Source: Camelus dromedarius
Lineage: Eukaryota
NCBI RefSeq assembly: GCF_036321535.1
Contig: NC_087437.1
Span: 40,054,001-40,118,000, forward strand
Length of the DNA: 64,000 bases
Direction: 5' to 3'
In this document: positions 40,004 to 51,469 of the stretch, in pieces
Numbering within the stretch: the first letter of the stretch is position 1
Layout: each line of letters opens with the position of its first letter
The notes under the pieces: generated by a model
What the model was told of the DNA's origin: nothing
Database searches by the model: none
What the model saw: the letters and a program-made list of their open reading frames with translations, nothing else
Translations under genes and position numbers: made by a program

Positions 40004-40396
40004 CAGACATTGCAAAACCTTGGTCCGTGAACTATACAGGACAGACAGAGGTGTTTGCTTGGGCCTGCAGAATGTTGTTTGTTGTTGTTTAAACTGAGTC
40101 AACATTTTCAAGTAGAGAAAATTCACAGAACAATCCAGATATGCAGCTTCTCTGAAAAACTGGAAGACCTAGCAGCCCTGGGCCCCCTTTCCCAAAGAGC
40201 AGCAGTTAGCTTTAGAAAAGGCTTCAACTCCTGGCTTGTCACAGTCCCAACTGCTGCCTCCTGTTCTGGAGCACAAAGGCTGGGTGTCAAAATTTTAAAT
40301 AAAAATAAGAGTGCTTAGTGCTTATACCACCTTGCCTCACGCATTTGTTGTATTGTACATGCCAATTCCTCTAGGCATTTGAGTTTACAAGCACTG
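40004..40396. mobile_element. hAT-Charlie DNA transposon (MER102-like) inserted in a MIR
   Basis: CAG...CTG termini with imperfect TIRs (cagacattgcaaaac vs cagtgcttgtaaact); 8-bp TSD-like atttagtc (39996-40003) / ctctagtc (40397-40404); internal atccagatatgcagcttctctgaaaaactggaagacc. Confidence 0.7.
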
Positions 40397-43300
40397 CTCT
40401 AGTCCAATCCCCGCATTCAGAGAAGAGCAACTCAGCTAGAGTAGTAAAGTGACTTACAAAACTCATTCCCTTAAAAGCAAACTTTTCACACATGAGGGAT
40501 CGTGACCATCAGAGCACCTGCACAACTAAATTTAGGCTGTGTGCATACAGTGTCAACACCTGTGGAGCAATGCTGACATCTCAATCTCTTTATTCACATC
40601 GTGCCCCTCCCCTCCCCCAAAAAGGGCAAAGGAAGATTCCCGAGTTTCCAAAATAAACGTACTGCCCAGTTTGGCTTGGTGTAGACAGTTTTGATGTGCC
40701 CCAATTTTAGATATGACTTCCATATATCCTGAGGGCATGATTTATGAGGAGACATACAAAATGCTTACTACAAACATTCAAATACTTCAAAAAATCAGAC
40801 TGGATAAAAACAGAACAGGGAGGAGGGGATGATATATAAAAAATTCCTCTTCAGAAAATGTAAGTGATTTATCAGAAGCCAGATTCAAACTCTGATGAGC
40901 ACATTTGTAATTATCATGAGCAGAAAACATGGCTTGTTCCTGCTCACCAATATTTGTTTCATAAGCATGCACGTCGCCAAAGCCCATCAAGTGCTATGTA
41001 TGAAGACTTTCCTAAGTGTCATAATTTGAACAGCCTTAACATACAAAATTAATTCCTTTATGCAGGTTCTTGAACAAGGTTAAGAAAGCTTTGGTCCTTC
41101 CTGTTAGATAGTCAGCAACCCCTAGGCAGGTGTTACTACAGGAATTAATAAAAATCTCTTCTCTAAATAAAATTTCTCCTTTAGAATTGTTTCAAAAGTT
41201 AGTAGTCAGGGATCTGGCTAAATATACAAGCCAAAAGCAACATGTTTGCTGATGAATAAGAATAATAACTACAATTAAAATAAGAAGTAATTCAAGAATG
41301 AGAGCTTTTGAAGAGTCGGGAATCTGATTAAAAATTCAGTTCTTTTTTTTTTTTCTATAATGAAACAGTCTTTTAACCACAAAACAGCTTTTATAATAAT
41401 GCAGAAGAGTATGGTTCCAAGTAAAACATTCCCCCAGTTTTAATCATGGCTATTATTTTTGAAAATGAAAATGGCTGAGGTCATTGTAATCTATTTTAGG
41501 GTTTGCATGGGTTGGTGGTATTTTTTTCTTGGCTTTGAGGTCTCCATGTTACCAGCTAAATGTTATAGGTTTTGCTATGGGCCCTTTCAAATCCCATTCT
41601 TTTTAATAATGTTGTCCTTTATATACATAAATTAGGGTGAATTCCACTTTCTTTCCTAACAAGTCCAGATGGGGGGCCACACTTTCAAAAGAGCCAGAAA
41701 TTGCCTTTTTTTAAAGTAAGTGCGTACTTCCTTAGAAGAAGTATGTTCATATCTGCATAAAAATATTGTGTGTGTCCAAATGTTGAGAGATTAGTAAAAA
41801 CGTAGGATTCATGTGCTCCATTTCAAACCACACTGAAATATGAGGATATGAAGATGACATCTTCCAACTTACAAAGACAGACACAGATAAAGAAAAAATG
41901 CCCAGAAATAAAACTCCATCTGGGCACAGTCCCATACCTACCAGGACTTATGGACTGGGGAATTCTATGGCTATCCATTTAGGATACATCAGTGAAGCTC
42001 TGTCCGATAGGACCCAGAAGGCAAAATGATCAAATATCTAAAGACAGTACAGTTACAGTCAGGGCTCGCTTTAGATGTGATTAATATCGCACTGACTTTC
42101 TGAACTTAGCTTGGTTTTTTATCATAATTCACTACCACATCACACAGAACAGCCCAAGATTCCTCTAAATAGCACCTACCCAGCCACACGTGAGAGAAGG
42201 TCTTTGCAAAACACACATATTGTGAAGGTCTGCCTATTAAAATGCCTTAAGCTCTGTTTGTTGTTTATTTTTTTTAAATCAACTTGCAAGGCCAATGTAA
42301 TAAGATGCTGTAGCTTTTATGAAAGAGGTGAAATAATTTTAAACACAGACACACAATGAGTTTATTTATTTAGAAACTTGTTAAATAGAGTCTGGGAATT
42401 CAAATATTCAATGTTGACATTGTACAGAACTGGCCAGGAGCCAGAACCTAGTCTCCAGAGGGACCCATTGGACAAGGAATTCAGGCCTTTCTCTCCTCCC
42501 ACTTGAGCTAAATAGGTAGAGGCCATTAGTTATACCCACAGCAATATCTGAACCGCACTCAAACAAGCGGCCCTCGCCAGGGCACTTCAAAGGAGGGTAA
42601 GTGTGTTTAGCTTTTTAGTGCTGAACTAGAGCAATATGTCACACTTTTGAAAGAGTTTTGTAAACAGTTTCTTCCTTATGTAGAAACATCTCTGAAGTTT
42701 CTTGTATGGCGTGTAAGCAAAGGTAATTAACAAGGATTACACTTTTTTCATTTACTGGGGGAAAAAAATAATACCCATCTGTGTGCAAACTGGGGATCTA
42801 GAAGAAGAAACAAATTGCCCCTCTCTTCCTTTCTACCCTCTCTTGTTTTGTTCCATTTGTTTGTCTCCCTTTTTAGCCTTTTCCTCATACTTGTTCTCAC
42901 TACCCAGCCAATTTCCTTGAGAATTCCCTGGCAAACTCAGAAGGCCAAAAGAGTGGGAAGGGGAAAATCTAATTTTAGAAAGAGGACCCTGGCAAATGGA
43001 TGAAGAGGGAACTAATGATTCATATGGGGCCAACTGGCGGAAAAGAAAAGCAGACCCTACAGAGCTTTTTAGAAAGTGCCTCGAGCCACAGCTTCCAGCC
43101 CAGGAAGGGTTAACCACCTCTCCAGAAAAAAGTGCCTGACACACTTACAATGTGACTGTCTCCTTTCACCCCACCTCCCCATATCCCCTCTCTCCCCTGC
43201 CCCACGGGGCTAGGAAGGGGCTTGGCCTGCCAGGGAGAGTGAATGAGTGAGTGTGTCTGCCCTCTGCACTTGAGTGTCCCTGAACCCCTGACGTATGAGT

Positions 43301-46169
43301 GAGTGTGAGGGTGTGTGCGTGTGTCTGCATGTGCTGTACACAATCAAAGAAAACCCGGCTCTGAGAGAAGCAGCACACCAGGCACACAGCACCTCTGAGG
43401 TTGAAGAGGGAAGAAGCTTTCTGGGCTAAGCTCCGGAGCCAGGAGCCAAGCAGCTGGAGGGGGTAGGTTTGGGGTCGCTCTGGGTAAGCACTGCCTCCTT
43501 CCTCTCTAGGGCTTCCCCAGCGCCACCTTCACGCCCCATCAAGGCGGGTTTTGAGATGAAGGGTGGAAGGGTGTACCCAGCTCTTGGGAGCAGGGCTCTG
43601 CCAGGCATTGAGTACCTTGGGAACAAGGTAAGAGCCAGTGGCCAGAAGATGACAAGTCAAGTTTCTCCATTTCAGGGCCCACTTCCAACAGAGGCAAAAC
43701 GGAGGTGGTTTGGGGAGAGAAGGGATGGGGCCAGGCATGTCTAGGACAACAAGTCAGTGCTCTCTTACCCTCCTTTGCCCTCCTTGCCCAGGGAGGATGG
43801 AGTTAGAAGTCCCCAGCTGTGGCCTTTCTGCCCCAGGCCACGTCTGCAGCCTCAGATACCCTGGCCCCAACTTGCAGAAATGAAATAAAATAAACTCCCC
43901 AACTACAAGATGTTTAAAGAAAAATTGCTTGCAGAGTTACTACCTTCAACTTAAAAAGAAGAAGAAGAAAGCAAAAATATCGTAGAATGACAGGGTAATC
44001 TCTATTCAATAAGTGTCCTACGTGTTGAATGTCTGCGGAGGAGGCCGCGCCCCGGGTAGTAAGGAGAGGCCCGGCTCAGAAAGTCTGAAAGCCCGGCTAC
44101 CCCCCACAAAAGACACACTCACGCACGCTTTTACACATGCTGCCAAGCTCACCGTCACCCAAACCTGCGGCTTCTTAGCCCTTACAAATAAAAACCTGAA
44201 AATGGAGTCTTTTTCTCCAGACGTCCTGCCTCTGCAGCTAATGAACCGTCCCCTTCCACAGCGCTGAAGATGAGTGTGAGGGGCGAATGAAAAGCGTTAT
44301 TAACCTTCCCCTAAACACAGTTTTTTTTTCCTTTTTGGCGAAACACATCGAAATGCTGCAGGAAGACTGCACTCCAAGTGCCAAACGCAATAAAGAAGCC
44401 CTAAGCCAGGGTAATGGTCAGGTAATGGCAAATAAACCGCCTTCCTAGAAGGGGCCTCTGCCTCCGTCGGACAAGCGGGTTTTTTTTTTCCCCTCCTCAA
44501 AAGCAGTCTGAAATGAACAAATAAAATGTATGTTTTAAACAAAGCTCTGTGTTTTAACCTGGGTTTTTTTAAGGATGAAGGAAAATGCAAGTAGATGGGC
44601 ATCCGGGGAGTGGAGGCTGGAATCTGAGCTTGCGGTTCCTTTATTATCTTACAGGTTGCGCGGGAGGAAGAGTCCTCATCTACCTTACCTACTTCAGAGA
44701 CTCTTTTTAAACAGAGATCAAGTGTACAACTAACAAGTGCCCCACTGCCGGGGTCTTGCTAATCGCATCGCCTTCTGGGTCTTTACGAGACTTCTGCGGG
44801 GCCGGTAGCTAAGGGGGTTAGTCGTTGCAACTGGTTCACTGCTGTGATTGAAACCCCGCCGGTGTCACTTTAAAGAAGGGGGGGCGGGTGAGGGGGGTTC
44901 CTTCGGTGTTTCGGGTCCTAGACATGCTGGACAGACCCAACTTCTCTTCTTTCCCATCACCAGGGAAAAATAGTTGCAACTGGCATTTCAGGCATGGCCC
45001 AGGTGCTATCCTAGCCGCCCAAGAAAAAGGCTGGGAAGCCTCAAGGCGCTGCCAGAGTCAGCTTGGCTTTTAGTTTTCTTTTCTTAAAAATGGGAATAAA
45101 AGCCAAGGGCTTTAGACAGTACAAATGTCAATCTTCTTGCTTTTCCCTTCTTTATTTTTTTAATGAAATGGTTTATTCCTCCCAAATGATTTGCAACGAA
45201 TTTATCGGTTTTAACTATTGTATGAAAAAAACAGGCTCTACAAGTTGGGAAGGAGGTTGTGCATCCATTCTGAGTTTAACTTCAGCGGGTACTTTCAGGG
45301 TCTGTAGTCCCTGATCTGAGTTCATGTAATCCTGTACGGTAGCCAAGACCGCGACTGTACTTGGCCATTGAAATTTGCAAAATACAAAAAGAATAACAAG
45401 CAATCGAGAAAACAACTGTGTCTAAGTGATTTGATTCCACTGCAATGTTTACTTTTGCAACGAGAAAGGTAGGTTTTATGTTTTGTTTTGTTTTGTTTTT
45501 TAAGTATGCTGGCCACACTGCCTTTTCATAGCCCAGAAAAAGAAAGAAACCGGTGCAGACACAGCCTCGAAGTTTTCCTTGGATTGCACAGCAGGGGTCA
45601 CCGACTATCACAGCCTTGCGCTAGGAAACTCACACACTACACAGGGGTAGGAAATAGCGCTTTAAAATACAAAAATCCTTAGTTTTAATATGATTTGCTT
45701 TATTACCTAAGTTGTAACTGAAGAATTGCATAAAGCAGCGCTTCTGTCTGAGAAAGGCAGCCGCGATGGCAACAGCTGGAGTAGCGCAAGCGGGAGCCTG
45801 AGGCTTAGCAAGAAAAGTTCATAAGAGTTCGTATCTAGATATCTGAAAGCCGTAGCGGCATTCTTAGAGGCACTAGAAACAAAATAAATGAGTCTCCCAC
45901 TGGATGAATGACAAGTATCGTCAGATCAGAAACCAAGCTCGGTTTCCGGATGTTGAGTGGGCTGTGCGTGCGGAAATATTTTAATACGGCAGCGTACAAT
46001 TTGGCAATTAAAATAGTTGGAAAAGTTGCTCAAGAAAATTCAAAGGGTTTTGTGTTCTGCTTTCACTTCGGCGGATACCAGGCAAAGAGGCGCGCGAAGC
46101 GTTCAGCTTTCATTTCACAACTTAGGCAGAGTTGAAATCGGTTCTTCAACCCCCGCTCCGTGCCCCCAA

Positions 46170-46170
<1 letters not shown>

Positions 46171-46210
<40 letters not shown>
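46171..46210. repeat. (CA)20 microsatellite
   Basis: Perfect dinucleotide run. Confidence 0.97.
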
Positions 46211-46213
<3 letters not shown>

Positions 46214-47436
46214 GCCTAACCTTCTGTCGAAATTCGAGCCCCCAGGCCTCCAAGCATATGTACATTTATTCCTCCACAAATGAAAATAAAGACATCGGCC
46301 TCATTTAAAAAGCAAACAGAAAAAACAGGAGTTCCACTGACGCGCTTTGACACTGTCGCAGCAAAGTGAAATGAACAATATCCGAAAGAGAAAAAGATGG
46401 ACTGATGAACCAAAGAGCCCTGTATATAGGTTGATCCCTGAGATCCGAGCGAAATGAAACATATTTGGGAGTGAAGGAGTGCTTGGGTGAGGACTGGATG
46501 AAGCACTGGAAAGGCGCCTACGATGACAGCATCTCGCCGGGCTAGACCACAGACTCTCATCGCCAAAGAAACGGAGCCCGCCGAGGTGCCGCTGCCTTCC
46601 GCGTGGCTGCGGCGGAGACGCCGGAGGCTGGAAGGCATGGGGCGTACTTGGTTTTAAAATGCAGGGGTGGAGGAGACTGGGAATTTCACTGGGGAAAAAC
46701 ATCCCACCCACCCACCCCCATCTACCCCCCCATCTCTCCTTTCTCTGGTCCACCAAGCAAAACAATTAGAGTTCAGTTCTTAGCCGAGGGGAGAGCAAAC
46801 GGCGGCCTGTCCTTTACCGAGGCTGCTCGAGCCCATGTGCGGACACCTTGCGGAGAAGCACTTTGTAGCGCTTCAGACTGCCCCAGGTCTCGGCACCGCT
46901 GGGTCCCTAACTAAGACTCGAGGTAGAAGCTTTTGAACAAACCCAGTCCTGTCGCCTACAGTCCCAGCTGAGGCTCACTCATTCTCCAACTGTGTAGGCT
47001 CGGCGGGCAATGCCCAACGAAGTCGCCCAACATTTCTGAGAAGAGTGGGGGATGGGAGTCCCGCCGCCCCCGCCCGGAACTCAAGCGCCCTTGTCCCGCG
47101 TGACCAAGGCGGCTCCACACCGGGCAGGCAGGGGGCGCCGGGGAGGGTTAGTGACCCGAGACCCCGGCTGCGTCCAGAAGCAGCGCGGAAGGCTCCGCCG
47201 TACCCTCTGCGCGGCCCAGTGTCCCGACAGCCCGCCCCCTGGGGGTCACTCGGCGCCCAGCCAGCCTGGAGCTCGCGGGCCGGAGCGCGCCCTTTCGGCC
47301 CCCTTCTCCTCGGCGGCTGTCGCTGCTGGCTGCGCGCCCTCTACACCCCGTTCTCCAGTCGCTCGAGGGGCCTCTTCTCTCCCCACCTGCCCACGGCTCT
47401 GCGGAGCCGATAGCTCGGCTCTGCCCGTGTCCCCCC

Positions 47437-47438
<2 letters not shown>

Positions 47439-47498
<60 letters not shown>
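47439..47498. repeat. (CA)30 microsatellite
   Basis: Perfect dinucleotide run. Confidence 0.97.
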
Positions 47499-47501
<3 letters not shown>

Positions 47502-48263
47502 GAGACTATAGCCTCCACCCTGGTCTCCCCTAGTCCCCACCCCAGTCCTCCTGCCGCGCCGCGCCGCGCACACTGGAGAGTACGGCCGAGCGCACAGCGC
47601 CCACTACCGCAACCGCCGCTCGGCGCAGCCCGCCAGCCCGCGCAACTTCCAGCGGCCGCCTCTCAACTTTTCCCAACTCCACCACTGCTACCCGCCGCTA
47701 CCGCCGCCACTGGGCCGCCACTGTGGCTCCCTCCGAGCCTGCCACCCACCCCAAACCCCAGAAACAAACCGTGGCCCGAAAAGGCTCCCTTCCCCAGGCC
47801 ACCCCCCCATCCCCCGCTCCCCCTCCCACACCCAGGACTAGCTGGTTGGCCAGAGGCAACTCTCCTTCGCCTGGGGGGAAGGGGAGGGGAGGGGGAGACT
47901 CTCGCATCTCCTCTCCCCCACCCCCACCCCACCCCTTCCCGCTCGCTCTCGCGCTCTCTCCTCCCTCCCACCCCGGTCTTTGCTGCCCCCACCCCCACCC
48001 CCACCCCGGGGTTGCCACAGCTGGTCCGTGCACCGGGCTTGAGGGCTGCCCCGGTTCCTCTGGCGCCCAAACCAGAAGCGAGAGCGCGGGCGGCGGGGCG
48101 CGGAGGCTGGGACCGGCAGGTTGCTGGGGCTGCGCTGTGCCTGCCCTCCACCCGGGGCCCTGGCGCGAGAGGCAGCCCCGCGCTCCCTCCCGGAGCGCAG
48201 GAGACAGATATGCAAGATGGCAGAGGAGGGGGAAAGCCAATAGAAAAGGGATATTGCACCTAC

Positions 48264-48300
48264 TTGTGGCCAGTTTCCTTGCCCTGCCTTTGGATCTCAT
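48264..48300 (-). CDS. MECOM: MECOM (MDS1-EVI1/PRDM3) first coding exon, 37 nt, MRSKGRARKLAT+1 nt (phase-1 intron follows)
   Basis: Minus strand reads cacagcATG AGA TCC AAA GGC AGG GCA AGG AAA CTG GCC ACA A|gtaggt. The peptide matches the MDS1/EVI1 N-terminus MRSKGRARKLAT(N), whereas the paralogue PRDM16 begins MRSKARARKLAK. Kozak -3 A, canonical GT donor, located in a CpG island. Confidence 0.95.
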
Positions 48301-48395
48301 GCTGTGCCCAGTCCTGCAGCCGCTGGTGTGTGGTTGGGGTTTTTTTTTCTTGGATCTTTTCCTTCTTTTGCTCTCCCTCTCCCTCCCTCTCCGCT

Positions 48396-48493
<98 letters not shown>

Positions 48494-48702
48494 TTACACA
48501 CACTCACTCTCTGTCTTTCCCTCTTTCACTCTCTCCCTCCCTCTCTCCCTTTCTCTCAATCCACACTCGCTATCTCTCCAGCATTGTCAGTTTGGACACC
48601 TTCGCACATGCGCGCTAGACGCCCCTCCAACATCTCAGCGCCGCCAAAAAAAGTTTGGAGCGATTTATCACTTTGATTTGGAGATCTTGTCAGATGGCAA
48701 TC
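48301..48702 (-). other. MECOM: MECOM exon 1 5' UTR (approximate TSS ~48610-48705)
   Basis: Directly upstream of the ATG. Purine-rich GA-repeat leader resembling my recollection of the human MDS1-EVI1 mRNA 5' end. The exact TSS cannot be determined from sequence. Confidence 0.7.
48405..48492. repeat. Compound microsatellite (CT)33(CA)11, i.e. (TG)11(AG)33 in the MECOM 5' UTR
   Basis: Read directly: (CT)n 48405-48470, (CA)n 48471-48492. Confidence 0.97.
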
Positions 48703-51302
48703 GCCGAGGAGGCGGAGAAAGGGAGCCACGGGGAGGGCGGCGGGGGGCGGGGAGCGAGCGCAGGGAGTCAGAGGGGAGCAGACACTTCGCCCAAAAAAAA
48801 AAAAAAAGGAATGAAAAGACTCGGGCAGAGGATTGATTTCGTCTTGGAATCACCAATAAGCCTGTATCACTGCTATTACCGTTTTGCCCACCATAAATTG
48901 CAGGATATTTTCTATACTGTCCTTGGAGAAAAGCACGAAGTGGGGGGAGGGGAGGACTTTTAAAATCTTTCCCACACTAAAGATCTAGAAGGACTGGACT
49001 CTCGGCGAACGATCCAGGAGAAAGTGAGAATCATCCTGAACTTCGGGAAATCTACTGCTGCCGCTGCTACTGCTACTGAAGCTATTGCGGCTTCTGCTTT
49101 CAGAGCTGAAAGCAGAATAAATGTTTCTTTCTTGATTTTAGTTATAATGCCAATACTTTCTGCCAACCTTGGAACATATCAGTTGGTCTATTCCCATCAA
49201 GTAGTAATGATCATCCTTGATTCCCAGGTCCGGGAAGTCTCAGGCATTTGACATCCACGACCTCCTGTCTTCCCTGAGGTCGGCTGTCACCTTCCGGCCT
49301 CCCCCACCGCTGCCCCCATCGCCTCCTGCTGCAGCTTAGCCTGCCTGCCATTTCATTCATTCGCTTAAACCCACGACCTCCCGGGTCATAAGAAGGAGGA
49401 GGCGAAGGAGGGATTCCCTCCACACACACACACACCTCTTTAAAAATACATTGTTGAAATTTCCTTTAATTACAGGATTTACCAATGAAGTGGGCACGCA
49501 GAAATGGGGACCTCTTAAAGGAGCTAGCTGTATTCAAGGTATGAATCAATCCTAGCTATGTATGGATTTTCTCTTGGTACAACCTCCTTGCATTAAACAG
49601 TTTTGTCCAATACCTTCTATGAGCTATTTATGTCCCCATTAATATCTGTTGCAAATTCTGCCAGACACCATAAAAGAAAATTACAACCTTTTTGTCTCTG
49701 TGCTGCAACAATACATCCTTGATGTTCAACTTAAAGGAAAAAGAATAGCAGGTCTTGGGCATAAGTTTGGCAAAAAGCAGGGGAGAGGAAGATAATTGAG
49801 AATGCCCAGTTGTACCTGTTGTCAAAACTAGGACTGGGGGTGTGAGTGAGCAAATAGCAAGGTTTAACCCCAAAGGGTATTATGTATCAATGGCTCACAA
49901 ATATCTTTATTCCAGAAAATTGAAATTTGAAAGATTTACCCAGGCAAGGATGCCCATCACTTCTGTTTCTCCAGAGCTGTGTAATTCCAGGGGCATTTGG
50001 CTATTAAGATACAAGTCCCTGGAGAACCAAGCTACAGGTCCCAAGGGAAACAGATGTGTAATGTTGAAATGTTAGGAAGGGAAGTGGGGAGATGGCAGAG
50101 AGCAAAGGAAGGAGTTACACAGAACAAAAGTAAAACAACTTCCAAAAGAGAAAACTCTGGTGCCCACACACATGGAGAATTCTTTCATCCCTCTGGACTA
50201 GAGGCAAATTGGTGGGTGGAGGGTCCAGTCCTTCTACAATTTCTATTGCCCTGTGCATACAGGTAGTGTGCTTATACATGTGACTGTGAGTTCCCTGGCT
50301 TCTCTCAGTTTAAATGAAGGTGTGCCTTCTCTCTGCCCAGTAAAGAGTCTCAGAGGAAAAAGAGAAATGGAGGTTGAGAGCTTTCACCAAAGGGAGTAAA
50401 ATCTCTAGGGAGAGAAACATACTAGACTGACTGGCAAGAAGTTCATGGAAGCTGCTTTTGATCAGTTTAAGGGACTTTCTGGGGACCCTCTCTGAGGACA
50501 GAGGACAGAGGGGCAGCACCTAGGATCAAGCCTCTCCTAGCTATCAGAATCTAAATGTTCTTGGCCCCCAGGAGGGGAGGTGGAATCCCCTAAGGACCGA
50601 AGAATGCCCTGGACAGGAGGCTCTGTCCAGGATGTTTCATTTCACCTTCTCACTGCCGGGAGGTTAAAAAATAAATAAAAGGAGTTACCATCTTCCCCTC
50701 CACTTTTCTACTTAATTCCTTTCATCTCATCCCCAGGGGGTCTATATCCGGATCCCATTGCAGGGAGGAGGTTAAGAGGAGTGCCCGGGAATTTTCTAGG
50801 AAGTGAAGGTACCATGGAATCAAAACCAAGATTAAATACAGGACCTGTACGTGAAGCTGCGGTGGTTGTTTCTGCTGAGAAATTATAAACCACGTGGCGG
50901 GTCAGCGGTGGGGTGGGGGCTGTGAGGGGAACTGGATGGGATATAGAAGACTAAAGAAAATCAAAGCTGATGTCCCAACTTTAAAGACTTTAGTCGTTTA
51001 AGCTTTTCTAGAGGGCATGGGTGAGGACAGTGAGGCGCGGTTGGAGTAGCCTCCCCTTCTGGTTTTTAAAACCCCTGGGGTCGCGGTCGCCTCAGCGAAC
51101 GGGTCTTTTGCTTGGTCTTTCCAAGAGTTTCGGGACAAGAGCGAATTCACCTATTCTAAGTGAAATAATAAACAAACTCCTCTGTGCCCTCGAGCCAAGG
51201 TATTGTGAAAAGAGAAGGCATCCATTCTTTTTGTTCTTGTTTAATAAAAGTATTCAGGAAATCATCACTTTTATTTTCAAACCTGAAAGCTGGGTTTCTT
51301 TC

Positions 51303-51305
<3 letters not shown>

Positions 51306-51386
<81 letters not shown>
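51306..51386. repeat. (TC)~40 microsatellite
   Basis: Perfect 81-nt polypyrimidine dinucleotide run. Confidence 0.97.
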
Positions 51387-51388
<2 letters not shown>

Positions 51389-51469
51389 AATCACTTGCTT
51401 TCTGCCCTAAGTGAGTGTTAATAAAAGAGCTAACTTGCTAGTTCAAGTGTGTTTAACCTAATGGAGCAA

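Larger units (their letters stand above)
1..48263 (-). other. MECOM: MECOM intron 1 (partial; continues beyond position 1)
   Basis: Begins at donor GTAGGT (48258-48263). No sequence encoding the expected exon-2 peptide was seen. MECOM intron 1 is known to be very large in mammals. Confidence 0.85.
46500..48800. promoter_or_regulatory. CpG island spanning the MECOM promoter, exon 1 and proximal intron 1
   Basis: High GC and dense CpG (e.g. ccgcgccgcgccgcg, gcgcgggcggcggggcgcgg); GC box GGGGCGGGG ~48744-48752; NRF1-like GCGCATGTGC ~48604-48613; no obvious TATA. Confidence 0.9.

Noticed and set aside
47052..48836. 594-aa plus-strand ORF (and overlapping 317, 269 and 198 aa ORFs)
   Set aside because: Product of a GC-rich island plus stop-free microsatellites ((HT)n, (SL)n, Pro-rich). 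It is antisense to or overlapping MECOM exon 1 and has no recognisable domain. Only the 37-nt exon is supported.
50608..50631. 9-bp inverted repeat cctggacag/ctgtccagg
   Set aside because: A 9-bp stem is expected by chance about once or more in 64 kb.
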